Assembly: GCF_009914755.1 (NCBI RefSeq)
Contig: NC_060929.1
Length of the DNA: 64,000 nucleotides
Reading direction: 5' to 3' (one strand)
Source of the DNA: the human T2T-CHM13v2.0 reference genome, Homo sapiens
Shown here: one piece after another, positions 1 to 12,149 of the stretch
How the letters are laid out: each line of letters starts with the position of its first letter
Numbering within the stretch: the stretch's first letter is position 1
Position numbers and translations under genes: made by a program
Notes under the pieces: model-generated
Databases searched by the model: none
Told to the model about the DNA's origin: nothing
Seen by the model: the letters and a program-made list of their open reading frames with translations, nothing else

Positions 1-779
1 TCTTAAACATCAGTTTACTTTACACATTTCTTTTTTGGCTTCTTTACTGTTAGAACAAGCCCTGAGTGTGTAAAACTGTTCTCACTGTGATGACAAGGCT
101 GTACTGAACAATTGGGGGCAAGAGAGCTGTGGTTCCAGCTGAGGGGGCTAAGTTATGGGACCATGCATGCCTCCACACTTATTTCTCTAAAATTCATCAT
201 AGCTCTGAACTTCATGCAGAACTCCTAGAAAAAAAAACACAGTCCAGCTACCTACTTTTAAATTTATGGACGAATGATGGTGGTGATGATGATGATAACA
301 ATAATAACACTAGTGCTGTTAGCCGCCTCTGAACAGAAGCATATTTTTGGTTTCTGTCCTCAGGCTCCAAAGTGGTTCACATGATGCAAACTGGCCGTGT
401 AGTCAGCGTTTTGGCATTTTCATTTGATTTCTCTGCCCACTCTCCCCTGTTGGCACTGGCTGCACTTTGAAATGAATTTCTGTTCCTGTGCAAACAGGAC
501 CGCAAGAACAGTTACCAGACTTTGAGATCACTCAGGGCATGCAGGTTTCCAGAGATCATTATCCTAGAAGCACAATTCAAGAATAAATATGGGAGCTCAA
601 AATCCACCTAAAGAAGAGAGAACTCTTGTACCCCTCTGGCAGATAATTTCTGCCCACAGCCAAATAATACTTTGGTAAAGTCATCCTGAAACTATTTCTT
701 CTATCCGGCCAAACTCGGGCACTTGGACAGAAGCACCAGAGACATCACAGAGAAAAGAGATGCAATGGGAATAACACAG

Positions 780-894
780 GACCAAGGACAGGGACCCGGG
801 TTCTGGTCCCAGTTCCACCACTAACTTTAACACTGAGTGAGCCACTTCTCCCAAGTGCTTAGCTTTCTCTGTGAAAGATAATAGTTAGATACTA
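780..894 (+). mobile_element. MIR-family SINE fragment (highly diverged)
   Basis: 'ccgggttctggtcccagttccaccactaact...gagccacttc...ctgtgaaagataat' resembles the MIR core; boundaries approximate. Confidence 0.45.
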
Positions 895-1097
895 CAGTTT
901 CCAACTTGAACTTACCTAATCATCAGTATCTTGTAGGACATTTATTTTAAATACAGATTTTCAGACTGCTCCCTGCAGATGCTGGTTCAGTATGTTTAGC
1001 AGTTACTGAATACTAAGTTTAGTTAGTATTCAGGAGTTTGCATTTTAACAAGTGACCCAGGAAAGTCTTCACATAAGCAAGTTTAGGAAACACGGGC
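895..1097. mobile_element. MER5A/MER5B-type hAT-Charlie MITE
   Basis: 'aaatacagattttcag...ggttcagta...caggagtttgcattttaacaagtgacccagg...aagtttaggaaacac' follows the MER5 consensus. Confidence 0.6.
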
Positions 1098-1215
1098 CAC
1101 ATGACATCAGAAAGCTCTTCCGGGTCTGCAGTTCTGCAGAATCAAGTTAATTAATGGCCACGATTAAGCTTCTACTCCCTACAAAGCTCTGCTAGATCCT
1201 AAAAATGATAGGAAT

Positions 1216-1455
1216 GATAGCTAACATTTATGTAGTACTAGTCACTATTTTAAAGGCTTTGCATATATGAACTATTTTAATCTTCACAACAACCTTCTGA
1301 ACCAGATACTATTATTATCCCTATTATAAGACACAGAAACAGATGCACAGAGATTAAGTGATTTTTCAAAGATGACTTGGCCACTAAGGAGGTAGGATTG
1401 GGATTCAAGCCAAGGCACCCCAGTTATAGAGCCTAGCCTCTCGACTGCTCTGCCC
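1216..1455 (-). mobile_element. MIR SINE
   Basis: 'atagctaacattta...cacaacaacc...tattattatccc...gaaacagatgcacagagattaagtga...gggattcaagcc' is the reverse complement of the MIR consensus. Confidence 0.75.
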
Positions 1456-1564
1456 TGCCAAGCTTCAGCCTTCCTGTAGATGCTGAACAGCTCAGAACTC
1501 CTCAGCATCAGGCACTTGGTGGACAATAAGAAAAGCCCTCTAATAACTAATAACAGTACCTTAA

Positions 1565-1953
1565 GGTTATAGTCTGAATGTGTCCCCCAAAGTTGATGTG
1601 TTGGAAATGTAATGCCCAATGTAACAGTGTGGAGAAGCGGGACTCTAAGAGGTGACTAAGTCATGGTGACTCTGCCCTCATAAGTAGATTAATGCCATTA
1701 TCACAAGAGTTGGTTAGTTATTGCTGGAGTGGGTTCCTGATAAAGAGGATGTGTCCACCCACTCTGCCACCCTTTGTGTGCTCTCTCACCCAACCCTTCT
1801 GCCATGAGATGATGCAGCAAGAAGGCCTTCACCAGATATGGGCCCCTTGACTTTAGACTTCCCAGCCTCCAGAACTGTAAGAAACAAATCTCTGTTCTTT
1901 ATAAATTATCTAGTCTCAGGCATTCTGTTATAGGAACAGAAAGGTCTAAGACA
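1565..1953 (+). mobile_element. ERVL-MaLR solo LTR (MSTC/MSTD-like)
   Basis: Starts 'ggttatagtctgaatgtgtccccc', contains 'gacttcccagcctccagaactgtaagaaa', ends 'ctaagaca'. Perfect 5-bp TSD cttaa (1560-1564 and 1954-1958). Confidence 0.85.
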
Positions 1954-3449
1954 CTTAACAACCATCTACATCAACTAGATCAGTCTCAGGAGCCAGGGTG
2001 AGGGTACTAGGGAAGCCAAAAGGCAAACCCTAGACTTCACCCTTGTTTCAATCAAAGAAAACTGATTTTGTCTGTTTGGTACATGTCACATTTCATTTGA
2101 GAAAAAAAAATCTTGTGATTAAAAATGAGATGCTAGAAATCATTGATCTAGGCCCCTTTTATTATGTAGATGAGAAAACTGATCCCAAAAGATAAAGAAA
2201 CTTTTCCAGATTCCAGGAACAAGAAGTCCTTGGCAATGGCTTCTAAAGCCCCAGGTTTCCAGACTCATTTCTACAGAATCAAAATGCACTTGTCAACCAG
2301 ATGGACTTGATAAAAACCCATTAAAATTAACATAGATTAATAAAGTAACCACTGGAGAACTGCAGAAACTGGGGCAGCAGCATTTGAGAGGGGACATGCA
2401 CAGTGACACCAAATGGAACAGAAGATGACTCAAATCAATGGCTGTGTCAGTATTCACAATTCTCTCCTCCAGTAACTGTAGCATCACCAAAAATCAGGGG
2501 GAAAAGCCCACCCAGCTTGTGTTGAAGTGGAAACATGACTACAAGTGGAGTAGGAGGACTTACTTATGAACTCTAGCTGTGCCATTTACTACCTGGGTCA
2601 TGACGCTAGTGATTAGACAAGCCATCAATATGAGGCTTTCATGAAATCATATATGTCAGTAAGTCCACGACTGTGAAGATGTAGTAAACATAATAATCTT
2701 TTAGACCAGAAGCTCCCACTCACAGTCTGGTATTACTGGCTTTACCTGTCATTACAATTCATGATGTTGAGAGGAAGGCTGATCATATAAATGGGGATCC
2801 AAACCCCTGGAAAATTTCCCTGAGCTCCCCCTTTTTTTGAACTTCTGTAGGCATGATGATAATCATAAAGAAATAATCTGCAATGGTTGGGCAGCAGCAA
2901 GCCCAGAAGATGAGCTGCCAGATAGATGCTGTGACCGTTATCAGTGATTCCATAAATGACTCAGTTTTGCCACCCAGGCACCACTCAGAGATCACCAGAG
3001 GTTTGAGGTTAACGAGTACCTTGGCACAGAACCTAGTGTTACTGATACTACACACTATTTTTTGCTCTCTTCTGCCACTGATTAGTAGATGAGGAGAGAG
3101 TTATGTCAGCCTCAAGTGCAGATTGCAAGAGGGAAGACACAGGAATATCAAAATAGTGCCATCACCCAAGGAAGAGGCTTCATTGCAAATCATGCTAATA
3201 TGTGTATTCCCCCTGCTCGAGACTGAGAGCTCCTAGAAGGAACATCTGATAAAATATGTAAGTCCTTCCTCATCCATCCTGATTTCTCATCATTCGTTTT
3301 ATTGACAAATGGATCAGGTGTTAAAATGTTTAAGGGTAATCGACAGAAAAAAAGTTAAAGTTAAAAAACTTCTATGACTAACCTGACCTGTTTCTGCCAA
3401 CTGACAAAAGCCCACTTTTATTAGGCTTCAGCCTGATTAAGCTCAGGAT

Positions 3450-3640
3450 GAATAATTACCATGTGCTGAGGGCTTACTGTGGGCCAGAGAGGTGCACTAT
3501 CTCTGATCCCAACGACTACCTTGTAAGTTAGATATTATCACATTAATTTTACAGACAAGGCAACAGAGACTGAAAGAGTTTACTAGTCTAGTGTCCCAAA
3601 GCTAGTATGTGTCAAATTCAGGATTTGCCTCCAAACTCTG
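3450..3640 (-). mobile_element. MIR SINE
   Basis: 'gcttactgtgggccag...ttttacagacaaggcaacagagactgaaagag...caaagctagtatgtgtc...ggatttg' matches the antisense MIR core. Confidence 0.6.
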
Positions 3641-3659
3641 CAGACTGCAAACCTCTCCA

Positions 3660-4186
3660 GTTTGCAGGACCAGATTCAGACTTCTTCACTTGACCCAAAG
3701 GGGCCTTCAAGACCCAATCTGTCTGTAGCCTGAGGGCCTGCTATATTCCACATCCATCACATGTAGCCCTCACTACAGAATACCTTGCGGAGGCCTGCAT
3801 GTATCACAGCGTGACTCACCTCCTTGCCTTCTCCCATGAAATCCCTTCTGCCTGGAGTTTTATTCTTCCTTCTTTATGCAGTTATATTCCAGTTGCTCTC
3901 AACACTCAGCTCAAACCACATTCTTCAAGAAGGTCATCTGTGATATTCCTCAAGCTAATATAACTTCTGCTTTGTTGGACTCCCCATAGCAGCCTGGACA
4001 AATTTCTATGTAATCATTTATTAATTACATTTAACTACAGTTTATAATTTATTTTTATCTCCCTCACTAGGCATACACCAACTTGAGGGGAAAAAGACTT
4101 TATTTAATTTTTATTCTCAGGCTTAGCATAGTACTATATGAGTAGATACTCATTTACACAATAAATATTTGAGCAAATGAATGATC
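3660..4186 (+). mobile_element. L2 LINE 3' end
   Basis: 'cccttctgcctgga...ctcagctcaaa...ctccctcactag...gcttagcatagtac...aataaatatttgagcaaatgaatga' is a typical L2 3' terminus. Confidence 0.6.
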
Positions 4187-4589
4187 ACAAAAGTGAATAA
4201 ACTGATTAATTAACTTCCAGGACTATCTTAAAGGCTCAGTTAACTTAACCTCATGTGTTTATCCAAGTGTAATCCTTCTCCTCCACTGGGAACTCCTCGG
4301 TACAGAAGCCTCTCTTGTCTCTTTTATAATCTCTGGAACCTATTCGCCCGTGATTCAATAATGGCTGAATGACCCTCTGTCAACACTATCTCTGTTTGAA
4401 TCAAGAACAATACTATATGACAATTAGATACCATGTAAAATGGACTTCTAATGGGTTTGAAATGTTAATGTATAAAAAAAGTACTACAAATAAAATGTAA
4501 GGTAACATATACATGTATACATATATATGCATATATACATGCATATATACATATGAGAATAGGAAAGGACTTACTAGCCATGACACAAA

Positions 4590-5640
4590 TCTCAATAGCC
4601 AAAAGAGAAAAGACTCTTACTACACAAAAATGTAAAAACTTCTGAAGGGAAAAAAAAAAAAAACTCTATGCACCAAGTTTACACACAGCAAAATGAAGAA
4701 AATATATTCACATATATGACAATGGCCACAAAAATGTTAGCATTTTTGATACATACAGGGCACGTTCAAATAAGAGAAAAAACAAACAAACAAAAATTAC
4801 ACAAAGAGGAAATTTTCATATGAAGAAATGCAAATGACCAATACAACATGAAAGTGTCACATCACTAATTGGATTAAAGTATAAATTTAAACATCAGTGT
4901 CATATTTCTCACTAATTTTATAGAAATCACAAAGCACATGGGAAAATGGACCTATGAAGTTGGGGGCAATTTTAAAGTATATTTTTGAGGCCGGGCGCGG
5001 TGGCTTACACCTGTAATCCCAGCACTTCAGAAGACCAAGGCAGGTGGATCACCTGAGTTTAGGGGTTCGAGACCAGCCTGGCCCACATGATGATATTCCG
5101 TCTCTACTAAAAATACAAAAATTAGCTGGGCGTGATGGCAGGTGCCTGTAATTCCAGCTGCTTGGGAAGCTGAGGCAGGAGAATAGCTTGAACCTGTGAG
5201 GTGGAGGTGGGAGTGAGCAGAGATCACGCCATTGTACTCCAGCTTGGGTGACAGAACGAGACTCTGTCTCCAAAATAAATAAATAAATTGATAAATAAAT
5301 AAATTAATTAAAGTATGTTTTTGGAGATAAGCAGTATGTTTTAAAATAAGGGCATATACTTGAAACAACTCTGGAAATTTATCATAAGAAATTCAGATAA
5401 TACTTAAGCAACTAAACAAGGATGTTTATTGCTTATTGTTTAGATAATAGCAAAAAAAAACAAAATCGGATTTTCTATCAAGAGTGAATTCGTGTCTTTA
5501 ATTACAGACAAATTATATGTCATATAAAGTTACATATTGAGAGATATCAATCTGTCTATATCTCATATCCACACATTATAATACCATGAAGTGTTTAAAA
5601 TAAAGCAATAGTTAACAAGTGATCATGGAAAGATGTCTCT
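4590..5640 (+). mobile_element. Old L1M fragment (ORF2 end/3' UTR), interrupted by an Alu
   Basis: A-rich L1-like motifs such as 'gaagaaatgcaaatgaccaatacaacatgaaa', 'aaggatgtttattgc' and 'catggaaagatgtc'; very diverged. Confidence 0.5.
4989..5308 (+). mobile_element. Alu (AluS-type), full-length dimer
   Basis: GGCCGGGCGCGGTGGC start, A5TACA5 linker, (TAAA)n tail; flanked by TSD-like 'taaagtatattttt'/'taaagtatgttttt'. Confidence 0.95.
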
Positions 5641-5665
5641 GAATTAAAGAATCTCAATAAATGAC

Positions 5666-6169
5666 TTTGGTAGGCATAATTCCAAGACATCCTTCACAGT
5701 TCCCTGCCACCTGGTGTACATGTTTTGCCTAATCTCTAGGATTGTTAATATGATCAATTTTACCCCCAGGATTAGGTTATATCATGTGGCACAATCAACT
5801 TTAAGAAAGTTGACAGATTGTTACTGGCTAGAAAACTTAGAGAGCCACAAGGCAAGGAATATGGGTGGCCTCTAGGAGTTGCAAACATCTCTGGCTGACA
5901 GCCAGCAAATAAATGAAGACCTCATTCCTACAACCACAAGGAATTTAATTCTGCCAACAAACTGACTGAGTTTGGAAGCAAAATTTCCCCAGAGCCTCTA
6001 AATGAAAACTCAACCTGTTTGACATATTGAATTCAGCTTTGTAGGATCCCAAGCAGAGAATCCTGTCATGCCACCCTGCCAAACTTATAGAACTGTGAAC
6101 CAATAAAGAGATGCTGTTTCAAGATGCAAGTTTGTGGTAGTTTATACACAGCAATAAAAAACTACTACA
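5666..6169 (+). mobile_element. ERVL-MaLR solo LTR (MLT1E-like)
   Basis: 'ggtggcctctaggag...gacagccagcaa...cctacaaccacaaggaa...agaactgtga...aagtttgtggtagttt...cagcaataaaaaactactaca'. Near TSD atgac/atgcc. Confidence 0.8.
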
Positions 6170-6184
6170 ATGCCAACCAGAATA

Positions 6185-6800
6185 AATAAAAAGAAACCAA
6201 TATCTAGATACTGCAGAACAAGAAAGAGAAATGAAAGATGTTTAAAGTAGCTAGAAAGCAAAGAAAAATTACCTACAAATAAATAAGAACTAAATTGAGA
6301 GTTGACTTCTCAACAGCAATAATGAAAAGCAGAAGACTGTGAAAGAATATTTTCAGTCTTCTGAGAGAAGATAACTCAGCCTGGTAATACATAGCCAGCC
6401 AAGCCATCCTTCAAGAATGACAGCGGAATAAAGATATTTTCAAGAAAAACTGAAAATTTTCAATACAAAGCTGAATATTTTCACCTAAGAGTCACTGATT
6501 AAAGACTATATTCCAGGAAGAAGTGAAAATGATCCAAAAGAAAAATCTGAAACACAAGAAAGATTGGTGAGCAGAGAATGTGAGGAAATAATCTAAGTGA
6601 ACAAAAATATGTGCCAAAATTTGAACACTGACTATATAAAATAATAATAGTAATGGGAGGGAATGATAAAAATCAGGCTAGTGATAAAATACTGGACAGT
6701 AATTATGTATAAACCAGGAGGCTGTGATTGGTAATTTGTGCTTAATTTTTGTAAAGTCTTTGCAATGTTGTGAAAGAATATCTGACGTCCAATTTTACTT
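6185..6800 (+). mobile_element. Ancient L1M/HAL1 ORF1 C-terminal remnant
   Basis: 'gacttctcaacagcaataatgaaaagcagaagactgtgaaagaatattttcagt...ccagccaagccatccttcaagaatga' matches the degenerate L1 ORF1 motif DFS..T..ARRQW..IFK...YPAKLSF. Confidence 0.6.
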
Positions 6801-7551
6801 GGCAATACATGGATATATAGAAGCTTTGCTTGATAGAGCAGCCCCTCAGATATAGTGAAGAAATCCTACAGATCAAAAAATATATATACCACAAACTGTA
6901 ATGCTTACCAAAACAGGAAAAAAAGACAGATTATGGCAGGGGATTTTAAAGTCAGGAGAAAACTAATAACTTCCCTTTTTAAAGTTCACCTAATTGAAAG
7001 ATGAAACAACAAAACGAAAACGCTTTTCTTGAGTTCACCCAACTCCTCAAAAGTGAAGTAGTAACCACCATCCCAGATCAGAGAACTGACATCATAAACC
7101 TTCAAGCCAACTCAGGTTTCATCTACCCTGCCCTACAGAATTAGACATGTGTGTGTGGATGGTGATGGTTCCTTACATAGTTTTTATCTCCCAACATTCA
7201 CCAAAACTGTGTGAATCTCTCTGAAGAGGCGCTAGAAACCTCTTGTGAACTAGTATTTCTCAAATTGGGATGTGAGAGATTGCAGTTTCCTCGGGAAGTA
7301 GACATCCAAACTGAGATGCTCTGGCTTTACCAACTATCAAAGTTGATACAAATGATTTTTTTTATACAGACCCCTCGAACGACCAAATAAATCATCTGCT
7401 CTCTCAACCAGAAACAAATAATCTAAGTGAACAAAAATACCTGGTTGAAATAAGTTTAGTGCAGGGTTATATTCTGCACCTTAAAATTGTGTTTCTGAGA
7501 GATATTCCTCATTGATTCATAAATTCGTCAACTTTGTACTGTTCAGGGTAT

Positions 7552-7775
7552 CTGGATTAAGCATAAGCTTTGGAGTCAGACAGCCTGAATTTCAAAATCA
7601 GCCTCATAACTTACGTAACTATTTCTTAGCCCCACTTAGCCTCGGTTTCATCATCTATAAAGTAGCAATAATAACACCTGTCACACACAGCTATTTTAGA
7701 AATAAGTAAGATTTCAGAAATCGATTTCAGAAAGAGCTGGCACCAAGGAAGCAATCAATCAGTGTCAGCTATGAG
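7552..7775 (+). mobile_element. MIR SINE
   Basis: 'gctttggagtcagacagcctg...gcctcggtttcatcatctataaagtagcaataataacacct'. Confidence 0.7.
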
Positions 7776-7867
7776 TATTGATAACACTAATGGAGGCTGC
7801 ATCTGTGTGACTAATCTGTACCAGGGGTTTAAATATCACTAACATTGGACTTTGGAATGCATAGACA

Positions 7868-8030
7868 CATAAAATGTTGGAGTTTGCGGAGGCTTAAAGT
7901 TCACCCGTTCCAATTCTCATTTTCTGTGAGGATTTGAAACCCAGACAGACTCAGGAACTCGTACAAAGTCACACAGCCAGTATAAGGAACTGAAATCTGA
8001 CCCTCAGCCACTGAGCACCAATAACACTAT
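7868..8030 (-). mobile_element. MIR/MIR3 fragment
   Basis: 'ctcattttctgtgagga...gaaacccagacag...caaagtcacacagccagt'. Confidence 0.5.
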
Positions 8031-10629
8031 TTCTTCTGTGTCACAGCTCATGTGTCTTCTTTTTTAATCTTACCAGCAAATAATTTGTGAGGTTAATAAA
8101 AATTAAAATTGAAATACTTTTCATTGAGCACACCCCAGTGAAACGGAAGGAACAAGGGAACATGGGGTCTGGCCAAAGAGAAACCAAGTTTGAGGAAGAA
8201 CGTGTTTGGCCTTCCTAAATATAGTTCACCATAATGCCAAGCAAAGGAAAACAAAGAGGCAAAAGATTATAGGCTCATTCTGATATCTCGTAGGCCTATT
8301 TATTAAGTACATGATCAATTTCATGGACAAATAATCTTATGTTTTTAGCAATTGTATTTTCTGGCCAAAAATTCTGGAAACTTGTGCTGACAATGAGATG
8401 AAATATTTTAAATGCCTATTATCTTTAAAAATTCAGGTTACAAAATTTAATCTACCAACCATTTCTATCACTGTATCTTGTTTTGACCCCACCCCCATTC
8501 CCCATTGGAGAGATATTTCTGAAAAGTGATTTATGGGAGCTGGCCTTATTTCCATTGCTTTAACTACCTTGGAGCCCTATCTTCTTTGTATTCTCTAAAA
8601 TGACTGCCCTTTCTGCACAGTCACTAAATACCTATTGAGTAGCCCATGGTGTCCTTCTGATGACCATCTGATGGGAAAACTTGGACATTTGTGCTCATTA
8701 TGAACCATCTGCCCTTGAGTCCAAATTTAGAATATACTAATTTTTAAATTGTATTTTTCAACCCCTATAGCTGGTGTAGGTTGAATTCAGCAAAGAATTT
8801 TTCTATTCTGTCTTTGGGGACCCTCCAGCATCTTCTCATTCACATCTGAAAGGACGTCTCCCAGTCCACAGTGCCTGTGATTGCCACATTCTGGTGAGAG
8901 CTATATGGCAGATTCAAAAATCATTGCGCAGCCTGTCAGCTGATTGGGGTGAATGATCAATGTAACCGGAACTAAAGTTGTATGACATCATCTTTGCCAC
9001 AGCTTCACGTGACAAAGCTCACTTCAAAAGTGCTTCTTTCTCAGACAAAGCCCTTTAGTCAGAAAAGCCACAAGTAACAGTTAAAATCACCTGGTCCAAC
9101 CATATGGAAAGACTCACCAAGGTTCATAAAAATGAAACCACCCAAAGTATATGAGGTCTTCTGAGTCCTAATCCAGGGCTTTGACATGGCATCACCAATG
9201 CATCACATCCCACATGGCTCTCACTTCTTCCCTGGCACCTCTGCAAAGTTCCAGGGGATTTCCTGCCTCTCACTCTTCTCTCCTCATTCTCTGGACTCAC
9301 CCTGATCTCATTTATGTATGCTTTTATCATAATTTTCTCTAAAGTAGCCCCAAGTCATAATTACATTAAAACCTGAAGTCTGATAAAATAGTGAATATAA
9401 AACCACAGCACTGCTGTCAAAAGTAGAAGAGTGATAGTGAGCTTATCTCCAGGGAAATGGAGAAGTGGTCAAACCACACTGCTATTTTTACCTGCCTGGT
9501 ATTATTTGAGCCTAACTGAATGTGTGGTCACATGGACAGTGATTCAGAGATGTTAGGAAATTCAGGTCACCATTTATTTAAAGCAACTAGGTTCAAAAGA
9601 TCCTTATTCTTTCTTCTGCCATGAAGTTACATATCCTGGGAGTGTAAATGAACCAGTCTGGGCTTCATTTTACTCATCTGTAAAACGAAGGATTTGGACT
9701 ACTTGATATATTATATCTCATTTAATCTAGGACTAAATTCTATTCCAATTGAAGGGTGATGTAGAGGGAAATTGGAAGGCTGATGAAAGAGTCTGAGGAT
9801 TAGGTAGTGTAGTGTGGAGGAACAATGGAGACAGAAAGTCTTCCTTCAAATTTAGTCTTCAGCTGCATTACAAGCCAAGAGGCTTTGGTCCTGACACCCT
9901 CAGACCTGCTCTCTTATCTCTTCTGTCCCTCTACTTATTAGAATGTGTAAGCTGAAGTCATGCTTTTGAATATAACCATATTGATAAGGAGGTTAGAACT
10001 GTCAATCCTTCACACATATATGAATCCATTTGAGCAAATGCTTAAGGTATTTCTTCTTAACATTTGGTGACTCTTTTGATTATGAATTTAGTTATGAAAA
10101 CTAGATAATTCTGGATATCACAGAATGAACAGGTCTTTATAGTAGGTCACATAGGCTTTGGCCCACAAGAGTGCTATCTGTGTAGTGAGACAACTCTCTA
10201 ACACGGAGAAGCAGCAGAAACAGAGTTTGGGATATGCCTCACATGACCTGGCCATAGAAAAACATGCTGTTTTTCTAGGAACATGGATAGGAACCACAGC
10301 CCTTTTCACAGGACTCCTTCTTGTTGGGCTTTGGGCACCAATTCTGCCTGGCCTGGGCCAAGTCCCTGAGATGCAGTGGTGGCAAGTGAGGGTATTTAGT
10401 AATACCTGCAGCCCCCTTGGTTCCATCTTCTTCTGAAAGGCAGGAGCAGAAGAGCCTTTTTCCTAGCCCAATTCATGGACCACGAAAGAGTTCCAGAGTC
10501 CAAGCAACTGACAGTATCAGAGCATCTGAAAAGCATCATGTGTTTTTATGATTACAAGAAGGAGAAATTCATTGGGGCTAGCTAATGTAACAAAATAAAA
10601 ATAAAAAGGACTCTAATGTGTGAGTGAAC

Positions 10630-10850
10630 TCTGTCACTTGCCTACCCAGTTATTCATTTTCTTCTAGCATTATGCAATGGACAATAATTGGCCTTAGCCA
10701 GGGAATGCTTTACCCTCCCAACCTCTCTTTCTGCTAGAGGTGGCCATGCAATCCAGTGTTCAACTGGGGAAGCTTCTGAGAAAGTTTTTCTTTCTTGGTA
10801 AAAGGAACAAAAGAGGCTGGTTCCATCAGTTTCCTCTTGAACTCTGACTA
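10630..10850 (+). mobile_element. Old ERVL LTR fragment (LTR33/LTR16-like)
   Basis: 'ctctctttctgctagaggtggccatgcaatccag...ggggaagcttctgagaaagtttttctttc' resembles old ERVL LTRs; family uncertain. Confidence 0.4.
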
Positions 10851-11059
10851 TTGTGACTATCTAGATCTGCCTTATATATAAACACCGCATTTATTTTCTG
10901 TAACTAATTTCTCATTTATTCATAAAGAAATCAGACATAGGACATAATGAGTGTTTATGGTCCCACTTAAGCTGAGAAAGCTTTCAAATGGCATAGGAGA
11001 TATCTGTTCTTATACTATTACAAGGTCCTCCATAACCTTCACCTTAATTTCATCATAAA

Positions 11060-11262
11060 AATAGCTAACATTCATTACTAACTTCAATGCATTTGACAGT
11101 CATCATTCCATCTAAGCTTCACAAAAGTCCCATGAGATATATATTATTGATATTCCCATTTTACCAGTGAAGAAACTGTGTCAAGGAAACAGGTAGAAAG
11201 CCTAGACTTAGATTGAAACCCAAAGCATTTGGTTCCAGAGTCGGGAATCTAAACCACTATAA
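11060..11262 (-). mobile_element. MIR SINE
   Basis: 'atagctaaca...tattcccattttaccagtgaagaaactg...gattgaaacccaaagcatttggttccagagtc...aaccactat'. Confidence 0.7.
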
Positions 11263-11976
11263 CATGAAGCCACCTGCATATATATTAAACATTTCAGTTA
11301 CTATCCCTAAGCAGACTACTTCTGAGTGTTGTCCTGGGAGATGATCTTCTATTCCTAACCTCCTGGCCCAGTCTTCAGATGCAGAGTTGATTGTTCTTCA
11401 GCTTGCCCATTTGTGCAGATGAAAGCAGGAGCTGAAGTGGGGCTCTTGCAAGGGCTACTAAAGGCTTTGCCTTCACTCTGAGTGCTTCACATGCCCAGAC
11501 ATTTGTACACATTAAGCACTTGAACCTAGATTAGGACAGGCTGAACTCATGGGAACTCACAGGTAGAAGATGAGCTGCCCCTAGTTGCTTCTTTGCAAAG
11601 AGACACCAACAAGATACTGGATTGTTCAGCATCTTTTCCTTCTGAAGGGAATAATTACTTTATGGGTGATGAGAAGCTCAAAAAAAAACCTCCCCATCTG
11701 TATTTATATGTTGCAAAATGCTACATGTCTCTATGTTACAGGTTCTCATTCCTCAGCTTAAAATGTAACTGTCCCTTATAAGATAACTTGGAAATTTACA
11801 TCTGAAATGTGCAGCTTAATGTGAATGGGTTTATCAGGTCCTTTGATAAAAGCTGGATTTGGTTAGGGAGAAAAAGAAAAGAAAAAAGATGTACCTTTAG
11901 GTAGAAACAGGAAAGCAGACAAATTTTGACTTGGTTACAATTCCATCTAAGATCAGCCCGAGTCACATGTGAACAA

Positions 11977-12061
11977 CAGGACTGAGAAGTTACCTAGAAC
12001 ACAGAATTCTCAGTACTAAAACCAGTATAGTCCCAGTCAAACTGGGATGGTTGGTCATCCT
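11977..12061. mobile_element. hAT-Blackjack MITE fragment (MER81/MER94-like)
   Basis: 'ctcagtactaaaaccag...gtcccagtcaaactgggatggttggtcatcct' matches the Blackjack TIR ...GGTTGGTCACCCT. Confidence 0.6.
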
Positions 12062-12149
12062 GTCACAGATTCACACTTTTCCATCTGCCTAGTTCTCAGG
12101 AAAACTTTTCAATTATCCGTTCTCTGAAGCCAATTCAACAGTCCCTTAC

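Noticed and set aside
129-332. ORF with a DDDDNNNN tract
   Set aside because: GTG start; the tract comes from a (GAT)/(AAY) simple repeat; no homology recognised.
5027-5368. Alu-derived ORFs (also 14677-15000, 20580-20777, 52526-52872, 59506-59872)
   Set aside because: Standard Alu translation artefacts.
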